DNA of 20,000 nucleotides from Cirrosporium novae-zelandiae. Its lineage: Eukaryota. Of this stretch, positions 10,861-20,000 are shown piece by piece; position 1 is the stretch's first letter; each line of letters starts with the position of its first letter. Location of the stretch: assembly GCA_026023565.1 (NCBI GenBank), contig JAPETS010000004.1, positions 977,812-997,811 of the forward strand, in the 5' to 3' direction. The notes beneath the pieces are model-generated. The model ran no database searches. It was not told the origin of the DNA and worked only from the letters and a program-made list of their open reading frames with translations. Position numbers and translations under genes: made by a program.

Positions 10861-13623
10861 TTAGCCCACAAACTCCCCTCGAACTAAAGTCTCCCATCCC
10901 CTCCCTTCCTCCCAAACCCTCTCCATCAACCTCCTCGCACTCCTGACCTGTCTCATCCCCACCCCTTCCAATCCCTTAACCCTTCTCATAATCTCCCCCC
11001 TGACGTCATCCGCCAGCGCTTCGCACCCCGCCGTAAACATCGGGAACAGTAAACACGCCTCCGCCGTTCCTCCTTCCCGGACCATTCCTAACGCCTTTAC
11101 GATTTCGCCTACAGCGTTTTGGACCGAGGGATGAGAGGCGGGTTTCCCGAGGACACGGCGTTCGAGATGGATTAGGCCCGCTTGGTGGTAGGCCTCGTTT
11201 GTGGCGGCCATTTCCAGGGCGTCAAAGTCGAAGTCTAGGCGGGGGTCTGAGGTTGAGGAGGCAGGGGATGTGGCGGGGGTGGGGGAGGCGTAATTGTTGT
11301 TGTTCTGGGGGCGGTGGGGACATCCGCGGAAAACTCGCGTGCGTGCATGTTGTAAGTGAGTGCGGAGTTCGGCTGCTTGGGAGATGGTGAGGGGGGAGGG
11401 GTGCCAGTCTGGGCGGGGGTTCCCATGCGCGTCAATGCGTTGAGCGTCGGATTGGCGGGCTAGTTCTGCAATCTGGGCTAGGATCGTAATGCAGCGGGAT
11501 GTGAAGCCTAGGACGCAGTCGACTTCGTAGTCAGGATCGTCATCGTCGATGTTGATGTTGGTTGTTTCCGTGTTGTTGTTAGGGTTGTTGATCGCCCAGT
11601 AGTTGCTGCTGACGAGGGGTTGGTCATTTTTTCCACCTGATAGACTTCCCAGGACGTCAAGATAGGCGAACCAACGGGATAGGAAATAGGGAACTTTGTC
11701 CTGACGGCGGATCGAGCGGGCACCACCACGAGCAATAATCATACGACGAGCAAACTCCAGATGGTGCTGCCACGGGACTGGAACCTCAAAGGTATTCGGA
11801 GAAATTATTTCAAGAGATGCTAACATGATGGCGGCTGCTAGGGTGGCATTGGATATCTGCTCACTTGGAGATGCAAGTGCGTGGCGTAAAGTCGGAAAGA
11901 CATCTCGAACCCAATGTGCAATGCGGTTGGATGGTTCTTTATGATTCAAAAGGCGTGCTCGGTGACTGGCAGAGTATGCTAGGAGAAGGTTAAGAAGGTG
12001 GTTATTTTCGACGGCCACTGCAGAAGTCAGTTCTAAAAGCCTGTAAATTCTAGTAGGGGACTGACTCTGAGGTAAGATTGTTTTGAAAGGGTTTTCTGGG
12101 CAATCATGAGGGACTAGTATTCGAGCTGTATGGTTAAGAAAATGGTGAAAGTACAATAAATTCATTGGATTTTCGAGTAAAGGGGTTGGCAAGGGTTCCA
12201 AGGATTTTGGTATTTTGACTGGTACTGGCTTGGCATAATACCCATCCTTCTTGAATGCAGTTTTTCTTGGTCTCAAGCCAAACCCGAATTCATAAAAGTC
12301 TGCGTCGAAATCATTATGTTCAACCGCATCCAAGGTCGCACGAAGTTCTTGTGGCGTCTCACCACTAATGGCTGCAGAATCGTTATTTTGCGGAATATCT
12401 CGATCGGGAAATCCTCGGTCTAGTCCATATGTTTCAGTATCATAAGTACTACTTCGACTGGGAGTGCTTGCAACTGTTTGCGACCTTTCATCAAGTTCCG
12501 GGGGTCCTGATAATAGAGAATTCACGGATAGGCGTCGAGGATCTGGAGAGTCACGATATGCAGCTGAACCCAACGTTTTAGCAGAAAGACGTCGTTGGAT
12601 ATCATCAGGTGTTCCCGAAGATGCGGTTGGGGTGAGAGGATTGCTCAGGAGAGAAAAATGTGGACTGTGTCTAGGGGCTGGATTGGCTAGTTCAGATGAA
12701 GGTGAAAGTCTAATGCGCTTGGATCGATGTTCAGATGGCGGAGAATTTCCTTCGGGATATGTAGATGGTCTAGTGGCAGCAATTTGGTTGAGGCTTTGGT
12801 AAGGGGGAAGCATCTGACCCGAATTATTCATGGAAACTGGAAGATCTTTCGTACTATAAGATATACGAGAAGATTGAAGATCGCCAGGCCGAGGTGGGGA
12901 TGGATATGCTTCAGGGCTCTGATGATCATAGAAGCTTGAAAATGGTGATCCAGATTGATGTGGGGTATGATTCTTCAAATTTTCCGACTTTTGAGTTTCT
13001 GCTGGGTTAAATTTATTGTTGTCTTGCCAGGAACTCTGCGTATCAGAGAAGGAAGGCCAAAATGGGCGTGACTGCGATCCTGTCATCGCTGTCAAAGCTG
13101 GATCCAGTGCTGCCTGGGTAGCACCAGATCCATTAGAGAATCCCATGTCTGAGGTATTGCGGGTACTAAATGTTATTTTAGAATCCCCTTGGATGTTCCC
13201 ATTACTTCTTTCTATGAAACGACCTTGGTCTATTGACCTATCATCTGCGAAAGACGTGGTTTGTGTGTTTGGCTTGTTATTTTCTGTACTTTTCGCCGTT
13301 CCAAGAGAAAGCACTCTCGCCCCCGGCACATTAGGTATTTGAGATGTCCCGGATGGGTTTACATTATTATCGGATTTTTTCTTGGCTCGGCCTTCCCAGT
13401 TGAGCCGGATGCTGTAATCGCAGGTCTCGCCCTGCCGTTCACAATTTAGACATTTTGGTTTTTCTTCTCCACTATCCAATGCCAGAATTAGCACATCTAT
13501 CCATTTTTCGATCTTTTAGATGGGGAGCGCATACCATTTGACCTTGCGAGCTTTACAGGGCCAACATCCATTGCGACTACGCTTCTTAGGCTCCGGCCCG
13601 CCAACCTTCTTTGGACGAGGCAT
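10861..13623 (-). CDS. Zn(II)2Cys6 binuclear-cluster transcription factor with a C-terminal fungal-specific TF (Fungal_trans_2-like) domain (~883 aa); exons 13623-13535, 13471-12066, 12017-10861
   Basis: Spliced N-terminus MPRPKKVGGPEPKKRSRNGCWPCKARKVKCGEEKPKCLNCERQGETCDY carries the CX2CX6CX6CX2CX6C motif. Intron 13534-13472 is GTATGC...GCTAAT...TAG; intron 12065-12018 is GTCAGT...CTGAC...CAG. The C-terminal region has YFHHF..HTARILVPHDCPENPF, WFAYLDVLGSLS and LLFPMFTAGCEA. Confidence 0.93.
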
Positions 13624-14022
13624 TGTCACAAATTGTGGATGCTAGGATTTGAGAATTGTATACAGAGTATTTATCTTAAAATTAATCAGAATTGAGAAGG
13701 TGAAGTCGTCCGGATTTCATGGTGGCGCATTCCAGCAGCCAATAGCAAGCTCGTAACTTTGTAATTGTGTATATGTTCACGTCAATAGACCAGGCTCCGG
13801 AGAGCTGCAGAGATCTTCAGGCCTTTTTCGTCGGTATAAGCACATGGCATGAGTCTCTCCGATGAATGAATTAACAAAAGAAGAGAGGGAGTAATATAAC
13901 CTCTTTTATTATTTTTGTCGAGTCGTGGAAATTTGAACTGGGGTAAAATGAAAGAAGGATCTCGGATGGATTGGATGGATTGGATGGGGACTTTAGGACT
14001 CATCTTTTTGGTCCTTGGGAAC

Positions 14023-14052
14023 TTTTTTTTGGGGGGGGGGGGGGGGGGGGGG
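14023..14052. repeat. T8 run followed by a G22 homopolymer upstream of the transcription factor gene
   Basis: Seen directly (G run 14031-14052), flanked by GGATGGATT-like short repeats at about 13964-13987 and 14051-14060. Confidence 0.9.
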
Positions 14053-14320
14053 ATGGATTGAGATTGATTGGGCGATAAGCTGTCCAGGTCCATCTACTAA
14101 AAAGTAGTGCGGAGGAGAATGAGAGAAGCGGGGATACCAAACAATAATTATCTAATTGAGACAAACATATACTTGGGAGATATATGGATTGAAAAAATAG
14201 TCAATAATAATAATTGGAATTGATAGCTTCTGCTTTCTTGTAGAATATCCATATTCATCATGGAATTGATATGTACCTAGGTATCTATATAATATACACC
14301 ATGATGACGACTACCTGGGT

Positions 14321-14346
14321 GTCACGTGTGTCATGTATGTCACGTG
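14321..14346. promoter_or_regulatory. Paired GTCACGTG E-boxes (candidate bHLH sites, Cbf1-type consensus) about 700 bp upstream of the Zn2Cys6 gene
   Basis: GTCACGTG occurs at 14321-14328 and 14339-14346 (18-bp spacing), with a degenerate GTCATGTA copy between them. Function is inferred only. Confidence 0.35.
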
Positions 14347-15052
14347 GATGATTGACTTATCTATTTGAAATGTTGGGAGTTGGGATGCTGGATGCTGGCA
14401 GCTGGGAAATTCTCTTGAACTTGGAACGAGAACGGAACTTCCTACGTGCCTCCGACAACGCCGACAATAATTACCGACAATCCCGAAGTTACTTTCAACT
14501 TTACCAAGTACAAAGTAATTACAAAGTAATTACAAAGAATTCATGACGTATATTCCCCTCCTACCGCTTGCTAACCAACCTATTTTGTAGTGGGGCGTAT
14601 CAAGAATGTGTTTGTACCTCAACACCACCTCTAGATGAATAGGTCTGTAGCTCATATTAAGCTGACTATGCTAGACCATCTAGACTAATTAGAATGAGCT
14701 ACACCATAATCAATTTTCGCTTCTTTTCTTTGGCATTTTCAAATTCAGCCTGATCCGACATATATTGATCCAATATCCTCCGCATTAAAGAAGAATTGGG
14801 TTATGCGTTCATATCCATGCATACATGTCATCCAGCACTCGGAAGAAACAACCGGGAGAGTAAAGAAAACATTAAGATTTTTAGCGTATATTTGTATGAA
14901 GATGTAAAAATGGTCGTAATGTTCATAGATCATCAAATATTCGTAAGGAGCGATTAATTTTCAACATTACGACAGAGATTGTGGGGTATGTATATCAAAT
15001 CGCAGCATTTCAATCAACTCCTGATAAATCTGACCAAACTGAAAAAAAATGA

Positions 15053-18000
15053 TCAAGTAAACAACATTATAAAGATCAGGCCGATTACCAGACTACCGAG
15101 AGAGAACCTAGATGTAGGACTTAACGCGTGTCCAGCCGATGTGGACGTTGATGTTGGTGCTGTCACTGTCACTGTCCTGATCGAGGGTGTTTTTGTGCTG
15201 CTGCTAGTCTTTGTTTTTGTAGTCTTTCTAGTGGTAGAACTAGAACTAGAGCTGACAGGAACCTCCGCGGTGATAACGGTGGTTTGACCATTTGGTAAAG
15301 TGAAGGTGAATGCCTTTGTAGTTGAGCTGGCAACCGGGACTACCGTGGTTCCAGTTGTCTTTGAACCGTTTGGAAGGGTGCTTGTAAAAATAGACGTCGT
15401 CGAGCTTTTGATCGGAAAGACTGTTGTACCAGTGGTCTTAGATCCATTTGGCAATGTACTTGTAAAAACGGAAGTGGTTGAAGCTTCCACAGGGAAAACA
15501 GTCGTACCAGTGGTCTTAGATCCATTTGGTAGGGTACTGGTAAAAACCGAAGTTGTTGAAGCTTCCGCAGGGAAAATAGTCGTACCAGTTGTTTTTGAAC
15601 CATTTGGTAGGGTACTGGTAAAAACAGAAGTTGTTGAGCTCGTGGGATTACTAGCTGGAATAACAGTACTTATTACAGTCTGCGAGCCATTCGGCAAAGT
15701 GCTGGTGAAAACGGAGGTAATGGAGCCTGTGGAAACTGGTACAACAGTACTAATTACAGTAGGGGAGCCATTTGCCAACGTGCTTGTTATGAAAGAGGTT
15801 ATGCTCGAAGGGGTCCCAGTAAGGCTGACTGGGATGATAGTACTGATTGTCGTCGGTGAGCCATTTGCTAAGGTGCTTGTGATGATCGATGTGATGCTGG
15901 TAAGAGAACCTGTGTTTGCGAGAGATCCACCGGTAGAGGTCACGCTTGATCCACCGTTGCCTTCTGCAGGCGACGTTGTTTGTGCTTGTGAGGTAGCCTG
16001 AGAAGTTGTCGCCCGAGTGCCGCTTGCAGGAGTAGTGTTCGTGGTTCTAGAAGTATCCGTAGTGGTTGTAGCTGAAGTCTTCTTCTTTGTGGTGCTGGTA
16101 GCTGTTGCTGTGGTGACTTCTGATGCCAGGGTTCCACTGGAACCACAATAGTCCAAATACTGTTGAAATTTTGGCTCAAGTACTTGGGTGTAGACTGTCA
16201 GACTATTGTCCTGGTATTCTATACATGCCTTACATTCTGACAGATCTGTTTTAAAAGCGGAGCCAGAGGCGCAAAGCTTTGCAGTTTTCCCCATGGATTC
16301 CGCCTCCAACTCACAGTCATTACAAATTGCATAACAAGCTCCTGGAATTGTGCTAGCGCGACGGAGGAGATTCCAGTTCCAGTTCCATGGAGGCTTTGAT
16401 GTTTCTTGAGAAGGATGATACAAACTTGCGGCTGTCGAGTTTGGTTGAGGATTCAAGTCAGGTGGAGAGGTCGGTGTTGGCCAGACAGTTGAGGCAGGTG
16501 GGGCGACAAGTTCAACGAAAATACTATAATTCAGGCCAAAATCCGTGGGGTCTAGATTGAAGTAATGTGGTGAAACAACAAATTCACCAGTAGAATTTCC
16601 AGTAACTGGATCGCCCCAATATTGATCTGGTAGAAGAGGAGGCGTTGGTATACATTCATCTGGACTGCAATAATATTTGTCTGCTGGAGGGCCAGCTTCG
16701 AAGTTACAATCCTCTTGCGTCGGTTTACAAAGTGTTCCAGGAGGACAACCCCAAGTATAATTATTAGGAAGAGGTACTGCCGGGGTATATGTAGGATTGA
16801 CAAGTCGAGTCGGACAAATTGTCAGCGATGATTTTGTAAACGATAGCTCTGTAACCGCAGGAGGTGGCACTTCAACTGTAGTTACTACGGAAAGAGTAAC
16901 AACACTGAGAGTAGTGATGGATACTTGAGTGACTAGGGAAGTTTGTCAGTATTCAAAGTTAAACCCGTGGTCTTAAAAATGAACAACAGATATTAGAGAA
17001 TAAAATATTGAGGCTTTAGCGAGTATTAATTTTTGGGGACTTTTGAATTGTGATATTCAACAACCAGGTTTAATCAATGGCCGGAGTTTGTCACGATTTA
17101 ATTGTGGTTTAAGGCCATCCAGGTATGCATAAGGAGAAGAAAAATAATTGTATATCTATACATAATGGAAGCTTTTCCGGACCAGTAAACAAAATCATGG
17201 AAACCGCCGAACTCAATTTGTGGAGAGCCTTCCTAAGGTGCTATAACATGACAAATTAACTTTGACGAAAATTAATTCTGTTATAGACCCTATTCTACTT
17301 GAAGGCTCTCAGAACATAAATGGCTAACAGTTATTGCGTTATCATTTGTTCGGTCGGCGGCCCAGTTGATACATATTTCATGGAAATAAAATGTAGTGTC
17401 ATTGTCATTGTGATCTCAATTTTTCGTCCTCTTCCCTTGAGCCTTTCGAGAATATAGATATTTAACGAGAAAAGCGAATGGAGACTTACCTGGAGTAACA
17501 ATTGTTGGTCCAGGAACTATAATTGTTGAAGGAATTGCAGGTAAAGCTGTGGTCGAGGTACCTTCAGGAATAGTCACGGTGGTTTTTGATCCTTGGATTT
17601 CCGTAGTATAAGTTGTAACAGACCCAGGTAATAAGGCTGTCAAAGTTTTGGTAAGAATTTCAGTGGATTCGGGAATAGTGCTTGTCAAAATTTCTGTAGA
17701 CTCCAACAAAATGGTTGTTGGACTTGGAATTTCTGTGGTATAGGTGGTAACAAATCCCGGTAACGAGGTTATCAAAGTTGTGGTCAGAATTTCTGTGGCT
17801 CCTTGTATTTTTGTAGTATACGTGTAAGTTGCAACAGACCCAGGCAACGAGGTAGTCAACGTTTCAATCGAAATTTCTGTAGGTGCAGGTAGTGTCCTTG
17901 TTAAAACTTTGGTGAATGGAAGCAAAATGGTCGTTGGATTTTGAATTTCTGTAGTATAGGTTGTAAGAGATCCAGGCACCGAAGTTGTCAAAGTTCTAGT

Positions 18001-20000
18001 TAGAATTTCTGTCGATCCTTGGAGTTGTGTAGTATACGTGTAAGTTGTGACAGATCCAGGCAACGAGGTCGTTAAAGTTTCAATTACAACTTCTGTAGAT
18101 GCGGGCAAGGTCAAAACTTCCGTGGAAGCTACTAAAATGGTTGTTGGATTTTGAATTTCCGTAGTATAAGTTGTAATAGATCCAGGCAACGAGGTTGTCA
18201 AAGTCGTAGTTAGAACTTCTGTGGACGGAAGAAAGATTGTTGTTGGGTTTGAGATTTCTGTGGTGTAAGTTGTAATGGATCCCGGAAGGGAGGTCGTCGA
18301 GGTTTTAGTCAAAATATCTGTGGACCCGGGGAGTGTTGTAGTATACATATAGGTTGTAACAGACCCAGGCAATGAGGTTGTCAAGGTTGTAGTTAGAATT
18401 TCTGTGGACACAACCGAAATGGTTGTTGGATTTGAAATCTCCGTGGTATAGGTTGTAACAGATCCAAGTAGTGAAGTTGTCAAGGTCTTAGTTAGAATTT
18501 CTGTAGATACGGGTAGGGTACTCGTCAGGACTTTTGTTTCAAAGTCGGTGTAGGATATTATTTTTGTTGTCGGATAGTAGTCTGTTACCGTGGTAGCTAT
18601 AGTGATGTAGCTCGTGCGGCCTACCTCATCCGTCGTTGTGGTTGTATAATAAATTTCACTAGTCTTTATTATTGTGGTATCGATTGTGGACAATTCTTCC
18701 TCAGTAGTTGTGGCTATTGTAGTGATATCAATTGTAGACAATTCTTCTACTGTCGTTATAGCCGTTGTCGTAATATCAATTGTGGATAATTCTTCTTCAG
18801 TAGTTGTGGCTGTTGTAGTGATATCAATTGTAGCCGTTGTCGTGATATCGATTGTGGATAATTCTTCCTCCGTAGTTGTGGCTGTCATGGTGATGTCAAT
18901 TGTGGATAATTCATTTTCCGTGGTTGTGGCTGTTGTGGTGATATCAATTGTAGATAATTCTTTCACTGTCGTTATAGCCGTTGTCGTAATATCAACCGTG
19001 GATAATTCATTTTCTGTAGTTGTAGCTATTGTAGTAATATCGATAGTGGATAGTTCTTCTACGGTGGTTGTAGCTGTTGCGGTGATATCGATTGTAGACA
19101 ATTCTTTCTCCGTCGTTGTGGCTGTCACGGTGATATCAACTGTGGACAATTCCGTTATTGTAGCTGTTGTGGTAATATCAATAGTAGAAAGTTCTTCTAC
19201 TGTCCTTGTGGTCGTTATAGTGATTGGATACGATGTCGCAACGGTTTTAGTCAGCCACTCTGTAGTATATAATGTATGATCACTTGTATGAATGACGGTT
19301 GTCCAAACTGGATAAGAAGTAGTGATATCGATTGTGGAAAGTTCTTCTATCGTTCTCGTAGCCGTTGTAGTGATATCAATTGTGGATAATTCTTCCACCG
19401 TACTTGTGACAGTTGTGGTGACTGGATACGACGTCGCAATAGTTGTAGTCTCCCATTCCGTAGTGTATATTGTGTGATCAATCGTATGATCACTTGTTTG
19501 AATAAAAGTCGTCCAAACCGGATAAGAGGTAGTAATGTAAGATGTCTCATAACAAATAATAGTGGTGGTTACAGTTTGAATCTGGGAAGAAATCGGTGGA
19601 GACCAGATGCTCGACGAGTAGTGAGATTTCCAAGTCGAAGATGGGCTAGATATTGGTGGAGAAGAACTAGATGTAGATGGGGTGATCCATGTTGAAGTGT
19701 AGCTAGGAGGGAGGATCGATGAAGACGGCAAAGATGTTGATGTAAGGACGTATGTTGGAGTCGAAGGAGAAGGAGAAGAAGGAGAAGGAGAAGGAGAAGG
19801 AGAAGGAGAAGGAGAAGGAGAAGGAGAAGGAGAAGGTGAAGGAGAAGGTGAAGGTGAAGGAGAAGGAGAAGGTGAAGGTGAAGGTGAAGGTGAAGGTGAA
19901 GGTGAAGGTGAAGGTGAAGGTGAAGGTGAAGGTGAAGGTGAAGGTGAAGGTGAAGGTGAAGGTGAAGGTGAAGGTGAAGGTGAAGGTGAAGGTGAAGGTG
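15053..20000 (-). CDS. Large repetitive Ser/Thr-rich, predicted GPI-anchored cell-surface glycoprotein (mucin/adhesin-like), 5'-truncated; exons >20000-17490 and 16932-15053 (>1,460 aa within the window)
   Basis: The frame of ORF 17416-19731 stays open to the window edge as (SP)n. Donor CCAG|GTAAGT at 17489 (phase 1) and acceptor CTGAC...CCCTAG at 16933 join it in frame to the 15053-16870 ORF (...VTP V TQVSITT...). The C-terminus TSTSTSAGHALSPTSRFSLGSLVIGLIFIMLFT resembles a GPI signal (small residues, spacer, hydrophobic tail). Confidence 0.85.
15265..15885 (-). repeat. Coding tandem repeat, 8 units of about 26-31 aa (core TSTLPNGSKTTGTTVFPxEASTTSVF, 78 nt)
   Basis: Read directly from the translation; 7 of the 8 units carry an NGS N-glycosylation sequon. 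Confidence 0.9.
17590..18510 (-). repeat. Coding tandem repeat STEILTxTLTTSLPGSVTTYT(TEIxNPTTI | YTTxLxG), about 9 full and 3 truncated units
   Basis: Read directly from the translation of the 17416-19731 ORF. Confidence 0.9.
18670..19530 (-). repeat. Coding tandem repeat xEELSTIDITTTATTT (16 aa / 48 nt, about 13 units) interleaved with two SYPVWTT..TSDHT.YTTEW units
   Basis: Read directly from the translation; the + strand shows recurring atatcaattgtggataattc-like words. Confidence 0.9.
19763..20000 (-). repeat. Hexanucleotide microsatellite (GAAGGA)n to (GAAGGT)n on +, encoding (Ser-Pro)n on -; about 39 units, running off the window edge
   Basis: Near-perfect 6-nt periodicity, in frame with the surface-protein ORF. 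Confidence 0.95.

Noticed and set aside
6514..13623. MFS transporter plus Zn2Cys6 TF as a secondary-metabolite or catabolic gene cluster
   Set aside because: No biosynthetic or catabolic enzyme gene lies in the window, the two genes are convergent rather than sharing a promoter, and both families are abundant in fungal genomes.
13782..14093. 103-aa minus-strand ORF with poly-Pro and KKK
   Set aside because: Poly-Pro and Lys come from the C22/A8 homopolymers in a promoter region; no other coding signal.
15300..16001. 233-aa Val-rich + strand ORF
   Set aside because: Antisense mirror of the Thr-rich repeats; ACN codons read as stop-poor, Val-rich frames on the opposite strand.
18674..19279. 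201-aa repetitive + strand ORF (VVISIVDNSS)n
   Set aside because: Antisense shadow of the EELSTIDITTT repeats.
17590..19400. Regularly spaced repeats as a CRISPR-like array
   Set aside because: Units are degenerate at wobble positions, lack unique spacers and lie in frame within a eukaryotic CDS.
19763..20000. Hexamer repeat at the window end as a telomere
   Set aside because: GAAGGT/GAAGGA is not TTAGGG-like and it is in frame with the CDS, encoding (SP)n.

Overview
Eukaryotic DNA from a filamentous ascomycete (Pezizomycotina-like), judged by the GT/GC-AG introns with CTRAY branch sites and the fungus-specific protein families. Manual splicing supports six gene models: (1) a DUF3176-type membrane protein gene (1121-3216, +) with two in-frame stops and apparent G>A changes in a conserved motif, probably a RIP-like damaged pseudogene; (2) an unrecognised coiled-coil gene (3967-4706, -) with a probable GC-AG intron; (3) an intact 3-exon MFS transporter of the Dal5/allantoate-permease type (6514-8243, +); (4) a 2-exon single-TM hypothetical protein (9059-9959, +) whose second exon is absent from the ORF track; (5) a 3-exon Zn(II)2Cys6 transcription factor (10861-13623, -); (6) a very large (>1,460 aa, 5'-truncated) Ser/Thr-rich, predicted GPI-anchored surface protein (15053->20000, -) made of several distinct repeat arrays plus Cys-rich modules, joined across a 557-nt intron. 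I see no RNA genes, CRISPR arrays or recognisable transposons, and no clear evidence that these genes form one functional cluster. The best leads are the modular surface protein and the G>A-damaged DUF3176 gene. Family assignments rest on recalled motifs, not database searches.
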